From: Octopus vulgaris
Taxonomy: Eukaryota
Direction of reading: 5' to 3'
NCBI GenBank assembly: GCA_951406725.2
Contig: OX597829.1
Span: 27,094,001-27,158,000, forward strand
DNA length: 64,000 nucleotides
Shown in pieces: positions 1 through 12,949 of the stretch. Below the pieces are notes generated by a model, which worked only from the letters and a program-made list of their open reading frames with translations, searched no databases and was not told the DNA's origin. The position numbers and the translations under genes are program-made. Numbering within the stretch: position 1 is the stretch's first letter; every line of letters starts with the position of its first letter.

Positions 1-172
1 AAAGCACCCACTACACTCACGGAGTGGCTGGCATCAGGAAGGGCATCCAGCTGTAGAAACACTGCCAGATCAGACTGGAGCCTGGTGCAGCCTCCTGGCT
101 TCCTAGACCCCAGTTGAGCCGTCCAACCCATGCTAGCACGGAAAACGGATGTTAAACGATGATGATGATGAT
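1..172 (+). mobile_element. 3' end fragment of an RTE-associated retroposon with (GAT)n tail
   Basis: aggaagggcatccagctgtagaaac...ccaacccatgctagcacggaaaacggatgttaaacgatgatgatgatga. Related copies lie at ~14925-15102, ~26020-26210, ~33938-34085(-), ~50490-50670, ~52125-52240 and ~55135-55350(-). Confidence 0.8.
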
Positions 173-276
173 AAACTCTTCATTATTTTCAAAATTAATT
201 GAAACAAAGAGTGTATTTCAATAGAAATATGAGAACAAAAGAGTTGATAACAACAACAATAATAATAATGTCTTAC

Positions 277-478
277 CATCCTTTGTTAATGCATTTTTAC
301 CTAAAGCAAATAACCTGAAGTAGTATTTCTTCTGATCATTTACTTCATGTAAATTCAATATTTCTTTTCCAGCTTTAACAAATTGTTCCTTTGTAATACG
401 GTCTTTTTCAACATGGCCATCCTGCATTTGAGTGTACAAAATTTTGCCAAACAGTTTCAAAGGTCCATGGAATGTATT
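277..478 (-). CDS. Internal coding exon (phase 0 to 1) of a MEAK7/Rtc5-like (probable TLDc-family) gene: NTFHGPLKLFGKILYTQMQDGHVEKDRITKEQFVKAGKEILNLHEVNDQKKYYFRLFALGKNALTKD
   Basis: Acceptor tatattttgcag|, donor GATG|gtaaga, 202 nt open frame continuous with the 982-1047 exon. Family call is from remembered similarity to the helical N-terminus of MEAK7-like proteins; no TLDc domain is visible in the window. Confidence 0.85.
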
Positions 479-981
479 CTGCAAAATATATTTTAAAAAT
501 TTGAATGTTCTGAGATGAGTTATTAGCAATTTTTCAAACTATGAAATCAATCTGTTGTGATGGGGGAGGGGATACAGAAAAGTTTTAAAATGCATCAAAG
601 CAACATTTCAACCCATTTAGTCTTCCACCATCAAGGGAGCATATGTGTAATTTGATGTTGAACATATTGTTGTTACTTACATTCTTCAAGGAAATACATT
701 GGTGAGAGATACACACACACATGCATGCATATAATACATATACAACATACATTTAAATCAACATTTTATGATGGGCTTCTGCAGTTTCCACCAACCAAAT
801 TCTATGCACAAGAAACTGGACAGTCCCAAAGGATATAATAGAAGACACCTTAACACACTGCATGAGATTGAACATGAAATCCATGGTGGTTGTGATGTGA
901 ACTACTAAACCCACACTGAAGAAATACACATAAATAATACAATACCAATCATGTATAGAAGAATATATATTAATTATTTAC

Positions 982-1047
982 CTCAAAAGCTTTCCGGGAT
1001 AAAACACCTGGATAAACATTACCCTCATCAGCTGTGAGTTCTAATTT
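982..1047 (-). CDS. 66-nt coding exon (phase 0 to 0) of the same gene: KLELTADEGNVYPGVLSRKAFE
   Basis: Long polypyrimidine tract tctatttctttttttttttctttctttttcaag|, donor GAG|gtaaat, in frame with the flanking exons. Too short for the ORF track. Confidence 0.85.
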
Positions 1048-1584
1048 CTTGAAAAAGAAAGAAAAAAAAAAAGAAATAGAAAAAACTGCATAAAGATATC
1101 ATTTAGGGTAGGCAAGAATTGGGATGAATAAATGTAGGAATGCTGCTGTCTGGCTTAGGCCAACAATAGCTATCCTGTTATGTTCAGACTACATCATGCA
1201 CCAATGTTTCAGAATAATATATGTATGTATCTCTGTGTGTCCCCCCTCTCACCATCACTTGACAACCAGTGTTGGTGTGTTTACATCCACATAACTTAGT
1301 GGTTTGGCAAAAGAGACTCACAGAATAAGTACTAGGCTTTAAAAAATAAGTCCTGGGGTTAATATGTTTGACTAAAACAACCCCCCTTCAAGTTGGTACC
1401 CCAGCATGGCCACAGTCAAAAGATAAAAGAACAGTCAGACTGGCTGAGAAGATGGATTTTACAGGAGTAGTTTGTAAGAATACATGTGAAATGTATTCTT
1501 TCAAATTTTTAGAATGATCACTAGAAATAGTTGATAGTTTTCACTTAGGTGATTTAATTTTCCTAAGAGATATAGCATAGAGTT

Positions 1585-1827
1585 GCTGAAGCGAGGAACA
1601 AACTGCTGGCATCGGATGTTAGTTGTTGGAGCACTGCATCCTTCAAGACTTCCATGCTTCCTGAGATTCGCCAACACTACACTTGATTTTCTCCCCTCCA
1701 TACACACACAAGCATGTTCACTTTCCAGACATTTCTACATTACTGCATGTACTTTATATGCACTTTCTGACAAGTTGTGGTGCACCTGAGCACTGTATAC
1801 AATAATTTCATTATTATCATTATTATT
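1585..1827 (+). mobile_element. 3' end of a CR1/L2-type LINE with (ATT)n tail
   Basis: Degenerate (W)NKL.ASxVS...TASFKTSM, typical of the CR1 ORF2 C-terminus, followed by a 3' UTR and a cattattatcattattatt tail. Confidence 0.55.
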
Positions 1828-3111
1828 AATTTCAGAGATCTACCTGTTATGTCCAAACAGATTGAATTATAACAGGTTGTAGTAGCAGTAGTAAAGTATG
1901 GTATTCTTCTATTCCCAGTGAAACTACAACCAAAGGGGTTCCATCAATACCGTTCTATCTATTTCCAGATGGTATATTACAAGAATACATTATTAAATAC
2001 ATTTAAAAAATTTTTATTAAGAAAGTGTGTTGTAATTTCAGAGAGAACTGAAGGGTATGTTAAATAATGTAGTTCGAGAGAGAGTGATGGAAATAAATAG
2101 ACGATGATGGGCACAGCTGAAATGTCTGATCAGAACTTGCTTGGAAATAAACAAAATAATGAAAATGTTATTACGTCTATGCACTTGTTTTACAAGATCC
2201 TTGATGTGAAAACATGTGGAATAAGTAGAATAAGAGGAGGCAAGTGAAATAGTGAGCCACAGGATGTATGATGAAAGAGCTTTGATAAAGAAACTAAAGT
2301 AATGATAAAGCTGAAGTGAAGACCAAATGTATAATAAATGTGTTTAACTGGCAAAATATGACCATCCTTAAATGTAACAATAATGAAAATGTTACAAATA
2401 GTAAACGTGAAACATGGTATATGGTAAGATGAGCAAAACCTAATTAGAAAAAAATAGTGTCAACACTTTTGACTAATATAAACTACGCGTAAAGCTTATT
2501 GTATTAAATTTCCTTTTTTTTTTTTTAATAAAATTGTAAACATCGAGGAACATCGTTTCACTTGCACTAAGTGCGAGGAAGGCACATTCGGAGGATTTAT
2601 CTCCCTTATATGCATGAATCACTTCCCCTTACTCCTTATTTCCTTACATCAGAACAGGTTCATAAAACGAAGTTAATCGAATTAAAGTGACTTTTGATTT
2701 GTCTTCTTGTGATGGAGAAAGCGACATAATGTAGAATTATTACAGTACATTTTTCACAACTAACAATAACTACAGTCACTGCGGACATCCTCTCCTAAAG
2801 AAGACAAACAGTGCTAAGAAACATTAATTTAGGATTCTCAGCTAAAAGAAACCTGGGAGGCACTGGTCCCATTTGATAAAATCGATTCATATATCTGACT
2901 AGTTCAATAATTATGTTGTTTTACATTACCCTGAATGATAAAAAATGTGCAAATTTGGTAAACTAGTTGGAGTGCCTGACAAAATTCCTTGCAGTATTTA
3001 TTTGTTTTAGTTCTTTAGGCTCTAAGTTCAATCCCTGTATTTTTGCATTTCATTCTTCAAGATCGATAACATAAAGCAGCAGCTCAGTGGCAAAATTGGA
3101 TTATACAAATA

Positions 3112-3170
<59 letters not shown>

Positions 3171-4284
3171 TAAAGAATAGTATAAAGATAATCAATTGGA
3201 GGTTCATATTCAGACAACATAAAGACACAGGCATGACTGTGTGGTAAGAAGCTTGCTTCCCAACCTCATGGTTCTGAGTTTATTCTAACAGTGTGACACC
3301 TCGGCACCCATAACCAGGGGTTAATGAAAGGCTCATGAATGATTTTCTTAGATGAAAACTCAAAGTAAACTGCCTTTTGTAAAAGAGAGAGAGAGAGATC
3401 TAAAAATATCCAACTGAACATTGCTGTCTTGTTTAGAATATGGATACTGTGTTGTTAGTCTTGAGAGATCCTCACATATAGGAACTTGGTACATAAAAGC
3501 ACACACATACAGATCGTAGTCACCAAGAATCATCTGTCATAGGCACCAGAATTCACATGTCACATGATTCCATTCTACTGGAAATCATCTGTGGGAAGTC
3601 TGTTTTAACAAGACAGCCATATTAAGTTGGACATGAAAATTCCCTTTTGGTATAAATACTGCTTCTGTCAATAATAATAATGTGTGTCACCTATCACCAC
3701 TTGACAACAGATGTTGGTGTGTTTATGGCCCCTACAAGTGTCTCAGCAAAGAGACCGATAGAATAAGTACGAGGCTTAAAAAAAGTACTGGGGTGGATTC
3801 GTTTGACTAAAATCCTCTAAAGAAAATGAGCCAATATGGCTGCAATCTGATGAGTGAAACAAGGAAAAGATAAAAAAGATCTTTATCAACTATTCCCAAT
3901 GCATTTGTTTTTTTGTACCTCATCATTATATGTAAAAGCCTCTGGCATGCACACGCACCTTGTGAATGAAATTAATGTGATTAAATGCCAGGATTTACAT
4001 TCTTGAAAGATAGTCTATAGGGAATTTCAGAGAAATACAATACTAGAGGTAGGATAGGTTTGATTGGACAAAGGTTCAGTAGAAAGTTTGATGGTCATTT
4101 TTTTTTTAATATGGTTTCAGGATGAGAAACTAGTAGATTGAATAGTAGGAGTAATAGTACCACTTGAGGCAAGCCTTGATCATTGAAATATGATACATAG
4201 GTAGCTAGCTGAACAACTAAGTACAATCCAAAGATCAAGCTATAATGCACTTCTGTTTAACTGAGAACCAGTGGTTTATCATAA

Positions 4285-5045
4285 AGGTGTTGTTATGTGG
4301 TTAAGAAGCTTACATCATAGCCATATGGTTTTGTGTTCAGTCCCACTATGTGACAGAGCAGGTAAATGTCTTCTGCTATAGCTCTAAGCCAATCAAAGCC
4401 TTGTGTGTGGTTGTGGTAGATAGAAACTGAAAGATACTCATGGTGTATATGTATGTGTTTGTATCTCCCTGTCTTCATAGCATAGATAGTTATAACGAAG
4501 CATCACTGTCATAAATGTAGAGTCCCTTGTTTCCAAGTCCAGCCTTGGGAGAATTATTATACCTAGTTTGGAAAGTGAAGAAGTAGGAATGGCTGTGTGG
4601 TAAGTAGCTTGCTTATGAACCACATGGTTCTGGGTTCAGTCCCACTGTGTGGCACCTTGGGCAAGTGTCTTCTACTATAGCCTCGGACTGACCAAAGCCT
4701 TGTGAGTGGATTTGGTAGACGAAAACTGAAAGAAGCCTGCAGTATATATGTATATATATGTGTGTGTGTGTGTCTCCCCAACATCACTTGACAACCGATG
4801 CTGGTGTGTTTACGTCCCCGTAACTTAGCGGAGACCGGTAGAATAAGTACTAGGCTTACAAAGAATAAGTCCTGGGGTTGATTTGCTTGACTAAAGGCGG
4901 TGCTCCAGCATGACCATTCAAATGACTGAAACAAGTAAAAAAGTGAGGGTTGGCAATAGGAAGAGCATCAAGCTATAGGAAATCTACTTCAATTCCATTT
5001 GACTTAGGCAATCTACGAAAAGTGGGTATTAAAGAGATGATGACA
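4285..5045 (+). mobile_element. tRNA-derived CORE-type SINE with RTE-like tail, interrupted by a second SINE
   Basis: Degenerate A and B boxes, CORE-like body, and the tail resumes at 4947 (gggttggcaataggaagagcatc...gatgatgac). An uninterrupted relative lies at ~62230-62640. Confidence 0.75.
4579..4939 (+). mobile_element. Near full-length tRNA-derived CORE-type SINE (octopus OR-like) with a 7-bp TSD
   Basis: A box tggctgtgtgg, B box ggttcagtccc, CORE-like ggcaccttgggcaagtgtcttctactatagcc, internal (TA/TG)n, tail ...aatgactgaaacaagtaaaa. AAAGTGA is duplicated at 4572-4578 and 4940-4946. Confidence 0.9.
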
Positions 5046-5279
5046 ACACTCTAGCAGTCCAGATATGTTGCGCTCTACTGTCCAGTACATTCTCAATACA
5101 CTGTAAACTGCAACTAATGCTCATCTTTTTCATGTCTTTTGTGATGGTGTTGCACATCTTAGTACTATACTTGGTTGAAATGAGGTGAGTGATTACTTTC
5201 ATGTTTTTCTTTTTTTTTAAATACTTCTCAGGATCAAGTGGTGGTGGTGGTAGAGAGGTATTTTTAAGATGTAGCAGTT

Positions 5280-5700
5280 TTATGTTCAAATCAACCAGAT
5301 TCAGCATTTCACACCTACCTTACAGTGGCATTCTAAAGATAAACAATTACAAATTGGAAATATTGAAGCTGTGAGAGAATGAATGATTAATTTAAAACAA
5401 TGTGAATAAATAAGCATTACATTTGACAAGAGTAAAGGTTAATGGTGACTGAAATGACCGAATGGGAGTGACAGCATACGTCACACTATTTAACCCTTTA
5501 GCATTCAGACTACTCTTTAATCACATTGTTTTAAATTAATTGTTCAGCATCTTGTAACTCTGAGATTTTGATGATGTCCCTGTTTATTTTTAGAATGACT
5601 TTGTAGGGTAGGTGTGAGAGGTCAGAGCTGGCTGGTTTGAGCATAAAACAGGAAGAAAATTTTGGCCTGATATGGCCGGTCTAAACAAACAGCCTTTAAA
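5280..5700. mobile_element. Two oppositely oriented copies of a TTAA-flanked piggyBac-type MITE
   Basis: ...aaaggttaa at ~5442 and ttaaccctttagcattc at ~5490. Both match the complete copy at 15534-15758. Confidence 0.7.
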
Positions 5701-6736
5701 ACTACTGAACCTGCAGCATTATCGGAACCGACTTTCATTTAAAAGAGAGTGGGGGGGGGGAACCCTGTTCATATTTGAATACAATATTTTCAGGAATAAA
5801 ATTTTAATTTTGTGCAACCAAACATTAAAAATAATACAGAATGATTCTACAAGATACTGTTGTATTTTGAGATGTTGTAGATGTTTAGATACATGGAAGT
5901 TAATTGTACATGAGGATATAGGAACTGTGAGAGCTGGTTGCTCTTTAGATCAAAAATCAGCTTTGATTGAACAAACTTATGATTAAAGACATTCCATCCA
6001 CGACAAACATCATTTTTAGGGGTACCAAGAACTTCATTATTCAGTGTGTCCTCCCTAAGGCATTGTTTGAGGAAGATTTGGTTGTTATTTCTAGCAGTGT
6101 TAAAACAAACTGCTCCTCTACTATCATCACATGTCTAGGTGGTCTTTCATTTTTTAGTGTTTTTGTTGTGTAGATGGGCTTAAGATTTTGAAAATGTAGT
6201 TTTGTGTACTTTACAGTTTTACATAGTAGAGATTGGAGGGTGAGGGTAGTCCAGCAGGACTTGGCATAATCTATGATGCAGCTAATACATAATTTTGTAC
6301 ACCTCTGTTGGCCAAATACAGTATATGCTTGTATTTATACACTGTTTTGCATTGATATAATAGATCTTCTGTAAGTACTGGGAATTTTATAAGTGATCCT
6401 TTGTATGTGTGTGTGCTTGTGAATGCATGTGTTTGTGTGTGCATGTGAGTGTAGATGTGAGAGTATGTGTGTGTGTGTGTGTGTGTTTATGTTGTTGACT
6501 GATGTTTGTTTATGTTTGTTTATGTTCTCCGGTGTTATTAAAACGAGACATGGTAGCATTGGCAAGTGCTACTTTAAATGTTTATTTGTAAACATGTTCC
6601 TCAGCAAATTGATGAAGAGTTAGATTAGTTTTGCAGATGTGTTTGGAAGATGGTGGAAGAGTGTGAGAGGATGCTGTCATCTGTGTATATTGTAAGAAGG
6701 AAGAGTTAAGTGGAGCCATTGAAAACACCACTCTAC

Positions 6737-6925
6737 CTTATTTCTTTATTGCCCACAAGGGGTTAAACATAGAGGGGACAAACAAGGACAGACAAAGGAA
6801 TTAAGTCGATTACATCGACCCCAGTGTGTAATTGGTACTTAATTTATCGACCCCGAAAAGATGAAAGGCAAAATCGACCTCGATGGAATTTGAACTCAGA
6901 ACCCAGCGGTCGATGAAATACTGGC
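6737..6925 (-). mobile_element. SINE of a second family (octopus OK-like), 5' truncated
   Basis: Reverse complement reads ttctgagttcaaattccatcgaggtcgattttgcctttcatcttttcggggtcgataaattaagtacc...aataaagaaataa. Relatives at 9720-10130, ~14540-14730 and 23195-23395. Confidence 0.8.
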
Positions 6926-7082
6926 TGCTGAACTGTTTTATAAGAAATAACATTTAAATCTCTTTCAAAACACACTGGCATCTTTAATAGAAAATAAAAA
7001 AAAATTAAAAAAAATTAAGTAGTTTTATGCATAAGTGGAAATTAATAATTTTGGAAGATTGCAGCATTAGTTACAGTAAAGA

Positions 7083-7314
7083 ATACAATTCAACAGAAAT
7101 AAACTTCGTGGTTAACTAACTGCTTAAAAGTTAGCTTGTCTTTATTTTTCTGCAACCAAACGTTAATAATAAAAATAATACAGAATGATTCTACAAAATA
7201 CTGTTGTGTTTTGAGATGTTGTAGGTGTTTAGATACACGGAAGTATACAGTTCAACAGAAATAAACTTTGCGGTTAACTAACTGCTTAAAAGTTAGCTTG
7301 ACTTTATTTTTCTG
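7083..7314 (+). repeat. 70-bp direct duplication (7083-7152 and 7245-7314) bracketing a ~94-bp copy of 5813-5900
   Basis: Read directly from the sequence; see findings. Confidence 0.9.
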
Positions 7315-8299
7315 ATGGACATACCATTTCAGATATATAAGCAGACATAGTTGTTTGGTAAGAAGTTTGCTCCTAAACTACAGTTGTGAGTTCAGTCTCA
7401 CAATTAAAAAATAGTTTTGTTGTTTTTGTAAAATCTCAGAAAATAATTAAAAATTCACAACTTGGGCAAGTGTCTTTATTATAGCTCTGAGCTGACCAAA
7501 ATCTTGTGTGTGAATTTTATAGATGGAAATGTGGAACAAGCCTGTCTGTATGTGTGTGTGGAGGTGTATGCGCTTGTGTTCTATGTTTGTATTACTATCT
7601 CCTATATCATGTGAAGGTTGTAAACGAGTGTCACCGTTATACAAGCAGTGTCCTCATTTCCAATCTGAGATTGGTCTGGGCATGAGGAAATACTCCCTTA
7701 CTCGGAAATAGGTGACAATTGGTAACAGGAAAGGGTTGTAAACAATCTCACCTCAAATTCCACCCTCTCTATTCCTTCAAGGTAAATGTGACTGAGAGGG
7801 TGGAAGTGGAGAGTATAGCTGAAGGAATGATAGAGGACGGAATAATGAAAAAGACACAATAACAGCTACATGTTTGTCGGGGATCTGGAAATTGAACAGA
7901 AAACATGATGGCATAGTAATAGAAATGAGTGATGGTAATAAGGAGTGGGTGGTGGATAGCAACGGAGAGTGGCAGATGACAATGAGAAGTCACATAGAGG
8001 AGAGTCAATGAAGGCTAGCATTGATGGTAAGTGGTACCAAATATGGCAAAAGCTGGAACCATTTCTTTTTATGCATGCTTCAGAGTATAGAAGCAGTAGA
8101 GTGACAGATGTATGATGGTGAAAAAGAAATAGCATGATAAAAGAGATTATGGAGGAGAATTAAATATGGACAGATGAAATGGCTTGTCATTATGCAGGTG
8201 CATAGGAGGGAGGGTGAATGGTAAATGAGAAGGTAATAAAGAGTGACTAATTAGTACAACAAAACAAGACCCAATGTAGATACAGTAAGCACCCCAACC

Positions 8300-9300
8300 T
8301 GTCACTACCATTTTAGCCATGTGTGCAGGTTTCTCCAGCACTGGTGTGTTGTCAACTACGACAGTTCTTTGCCATCCCCTTTGTGAGGGTCAGCTTTCTT
8401 GGGAACAGCCTTCACTACTTTGCTCAATGTCATTTTCAAGAGGTTCCTCTTCCACAAATTCAACCACTTCACGTGCTCAGTACTTCTTAATGAAACTCCA
8501 TATATATACATCTCTATCCATACTAATACAATCTGCTTTCTCTAGCACACTCCATTTGATCTCTATGCACAACTTTCCCCCCCTACTCACTTATACTGTC
8601 ATTCATATCAATTAACACACGTCCTGTGAATCATGCTTCCATTTCCTTCTAACTATTGCAAATTTTCTGCATTTAAGACCAACAACATGCTACTTTGTAC
8701 ATATACACCACACAGCTTGCTAGTTTTTATTACTCAGAGAGAAAAATTCCTTTTATCAGTAAAGGTAATAACTCGCAAAATTTCTTTTTATCCCTGGCTA
8801 CTATGCTTTTAGTGCACCCACCTTCAATGCTAATTAAAATCACCTAAGTAAAAGCTATCAACTACTTTTAGTGAACTTACTAAAAGAATATATTTCACAT
8901 GTATTGCAAACTAATCCTGTGAAGTCTATCATTTCTACTAGTGTAACTGCAATTTCATAACTACCTGTGCATTTATAACTTACACTGGGTAAAATATGAA
9001 ATTTCTACTTAGTTTTTCTGATTCTTTTAAGCATTACCATTTTTCGCACATAGCAGAATCCTATTTTCTTTGAAGAGTTTCAATTCAAAGTTTTCTTCCA
9101 CTGAACTTATTACTAACTGCTTCTGCACATGATCTGTATAGATCCTCATATGTATGGATCCCCATAAGCTTTTCACCTATCAGTAATTTCTTCAGTGATG
9201 ACAGACACGAAACTGTTAAATATCTTCTGGATCAATGAATGCTAGGTCTCATTCTTCGCAAAGCACTAAAGCTATTCATCAATCTGAAATCAGTTCAATG
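8300..9300 (-). mobile_element. Highly degenerate RTE-type LINE relic
   Basis: The minus-strand 3' part (gtggaagaggaacc...agtagtgaag...gtgctggagaaacc) parallels the 3' end of the RTE at ~58985-59110. Confidence 0.5.
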
Positions 9301-9373
9301 TTGTAATGTTTTACAGAAATATCAGTGTCAGCTAACCATTTATTGTTGACTCATTAAATTGAAACAGTTGTCA

Positions 9374-9415
<42 letters not shown>

Positions 9416-9719
9416 CCTCCACTGCACAAAAGAGACCTATAACAATCCTTCTCTTAATGTTGGTCACATCAGCAATTTAATTCATTTAATGATAAATTTT
9501 CTCACAGATTTTGCAAAGAGTCCTTACAGAATACAGAATGGCAGTATTCTATATCTCTTCTATCAAAGTCTAGTTCTAATATTTCTTAGTCACTTGAACA
9601 AAGTTTTTTGAGTTATGTAAAACATAACTATCACAGACATGCCACACAATTTTCTTAATTCCTTGACTTAGTTCAGACAGTGTGGAACTATTTCCATTGG
9701 CATTATATGATATAGCAAA

Positions 9720-10130
9720 GCAGCAAGATGGCAGAATCTTCAGCATGCTGGGATATATGCTTAGTGGCATTTGGTCTGTTTTTACACTCTGAGTTCAAAC
9801 TCCACTGAGGTCAACTTTGCCTTTCATCCTTTTGGGGTCAATAAGATAAATACCAGTGGAGTACTGTGGTTGTAATTAATTTATCCCTTTTCTCCAAAAT
9901 TGTTGGCCTGGTGCAATTATATAGCAAGATAAAGGTGGTGAACTGGTAGAGTTGTTAGCATGCCAGACAAAATGCTTAGCAGCATTTCTTCTGACTCATT
10001 AAGTTCTGTTGAGGTTGATTGCCTTTCATGCTCTCAGAATTGATTAAAATGAGTACCAGTTGAGCATTGAGTTGATGTAAATGACTTAACCGCCTTCAAA
10101 ATTGCTGATTTTGTGCCTACAACTGAAACA
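9720..10130 (+). mobile_element. Two tandem OK-like SINE copies with CpG decay
   Basis: ggcagaatc...ctgagttcaaactccactgaggtcaactttgcctttcatcc, repeated in degenerate form from ~9930. Confidence 0.75.
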
Positions 10131-12540
10131 CGATATAGCAATATATATAACAATTTATTTGTCCCTACACAGTGGATAGTTACCTGAGGGCTCCATAAGG
10201 TCAAGGTGATTGATGCTAATCTAAGTATACTGTGGTTTGTTAAATAAATGTAGCCGCTCCTGTAAATTGCTTTGCCCAGAGGCCTATATTGCTGTTAAGA
10301 CAATCCTGCTACTACAGGAGTAATATAATACACTTCAGCATTTTTCCTGTCATATGATCGATCATATCAGGTCTCTGCTCCAGCATTAAACTGTCAGTTC
10401 ATAACCATGACATGCAAGATCTTACAATAGAACATTTCCAATAAATCCTGGTTGGTAATGTCTCTAATTTTCATCTAAATTTCCTCCAAACCTCCTAGTA
10501 TATCTCTTTCCCTACCATGTCATTTTACTTTGTATTTTTTTTGTGCCACTTCCCTACATTAACAGAGTATGTCACTGACAGTTTTGTCTACTTCATTACC
10601 GAGCTGGTCTATTTATGCTTTTAAAGTTTGCTCTTATCATGTGTTTGTTCTTGTATGGCTATGATAAAGGTTTCACTATCCCTCATTAGTTCATTTTTCA
10701 TTTCCACATTGTCTCCTGTTTGCCAACTGTCATAATTCATTTTTTGTCAAGTTCACTTTTACTTCTATTTCTTTTTCGTTCCTTCTATTTCTTTTTCTTT
10801 CCTTTAAGTCTTCTCTGTTGGTTTTATGGGTTGCAACAACCTTCAAATGAGTCTTTTTTTAAATTACTCTATATCAACTTAGCTTACAAAGACTTCAACT
10901 ATGGCTAATTAAATACATTTCATTACTTATGTGAAATATTTGCACAATAAATGAAAATAAGGTGTGGAAGTGAGGGGACAAACAAAGATTTTTTAAAGTC
11001 GGTGTTACTGAAATACCATGTGATCTTTAGCAGAAGGTGCTCCAGTTTCATTAAGGGATGCATCAACAGTTTGTATATCAATAGTAACCATGTATTACAT
11101 TTGCAATTTCTCACTTCACATGCATTTCTACACAAGGACAATTCTCCCTTCTACCATCCATGGTTATAGACCTAACTGTTACACACTGATAAAGTTGTCT
11201 AGTCAAGCGAGTATATATAATTATGAAGTAGACAAGGAAATCCTAGACTAAAGGCTTTCTAGTTTGGTACTTTATTACAGTAATGAAATTATACTTACAA
11301 TTCTACCTTTGACAATTGTATTTAGTTTGTATCCATTTTGTCTTTAAAAAACTCCTTATTCCAAATGTTATACAAGTACTGACTTGTTTCATTCACTAAG
11401 GGCTGACACTTCATTCTGCTGCTGAGTGAGTTCAGCTATTGATAAAATTTACCTTCTTAAACAGTGCATTTTATCGATATTACTCAATCTATTGTTGATT
11501 ACTTTCCAGTTTCTCAATCTCATCTAAGGCATTATTTTATTTTCTATTCCCTTGATTACAATTTATCTCAAAAGCTTGTTTATGATATTATCAACATTAC
11601 CATTTATACTTTTACAAATTCTATAGACACAAAGTCATTTCAACTGGTTGCTATAGTATTATTGCTAAACAAATACTACAGCTTTGAGGAGAGACATGAC
11701 AGAAATGTCAAACTTTTCGAGAAGAAACAAGATGACAGTAAGCAGAGTAACAAGATACATTTATTCCATCTAAAATGAACAAATATAAAACAATTCTACT
11801 ATATGTGACAACAGGAACAACGATGAATATAAATTAGTTACCATACATATTTAGTTACGGATGAATACAGCATTCAGTTTTCTTCTGAAAGCATGATAAT
11901 AATGACTGATTCCCAAGCAAGGGAGTGGACATAACAGATAAGGCACAACCTGAATGCGGCAGACAAAAATAATCTACTAACGATATTATTACATTATAAG
12001 TTGTTTAAGACAACACAGGTGACCTCAAAAGTACTTTTGAGTCAAAGATTAAGGAAAACAGCTGTACACTACAACACCATCACCAAATTCCTATGACTTA
12101 CCCACTAGTACATTTAAGAGGCTGGTATTCAAGAAGCAGTAAGGGTAGGGTTTCAGTGAACTGAATGACAGTGAAAATATTGATGAATAAATAAAACACA
12201 AAGTAGAAATATAATACAATTAGTAAGAGTAAACAGATGAAGCTCTATTGTTAATATATATATATATATATATTCACTGACTGACTGAGAGAGATGTAAA
12301 AGAACCAGTTCTGCAGATCTATTCAAGCTGCACACAGAATAGAAAAACTGGTCAGAAGTTAAATAGCTCATGCCACTAATAATTGTGTAACTAAGCAAGT
12401 TATATTAAATTTTCTCTAACCAACAGGGTCGAATGAAAGAAAGAAAAAAAAAAGTGTTCTAATTTCTTGAGCTGATGTCTATCTGTGACAAACACAAATC
12501 TATGGAATTATCTACTAAACAACAAGACTGAAAATATGTT

Positions 12541-12846
12541 CTTTTATTCTTTTACTTGTTTCAGTTATTTGACTGTGGCTATGCTGGAGCACCATTTTTA
12601 GTCAAGCAAATCGACCCCAGGACTTATTCTATTGGTCTCTTTGGCCGAACAGCTAGTTTATGGGGATGTAAACACACCAGCATCGGTTGTCAAGCGATGT
12701 TGAAGGAACAAGTAGACACACGGGCTTCTTTCAGTTTCCGTCTACCAAATCCACTCACAATGCTTTGGTTGGCCCAAGGTTATAGTAGAAGACACTTGCC
12801 CAAGGTGTTATGCAGTGGGTCTGAACCTGGAACCATGTGGTTGGGA
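12541..12846 (-). mobile_element. CORE-type SINE, same family as 4579-4939
   Basis: Reverse-complement match over tail, body and B box (ggttccaggttcagaccc). Confidence 0.85.
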
Positions 12847-12949
12847 AATGTCTACAGTTTTCCACACTGTAATCCCCAACTTTAGGGAAATGAACTTGTC
12901 TGAAACCACCCCAGATTCTCTGCAATTAATTTCTTGCTTTTAAGTAAAT

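Noticed and set aside
479-529. N-terminal extension of ORF 218-529 (and likewise the first residues of ORF 53461-53676)
   Set aside because: Intronic read-through beyond clear splice acceptors; only the exon portions are supported.
4587-4650. tRNA-like A and B boxes
   Set aside because: These are SINE heads without a full cloverleaf; no true tRNA or rRNA gene was seen in the window.
10175-10260. atagttacctg resembling the U1 snRNA 5' end, or a minus-strand exon
   Set aside because: No further U1 similarity or Sm site. The acceptor is weak and the phase is incompatible with the known exons.
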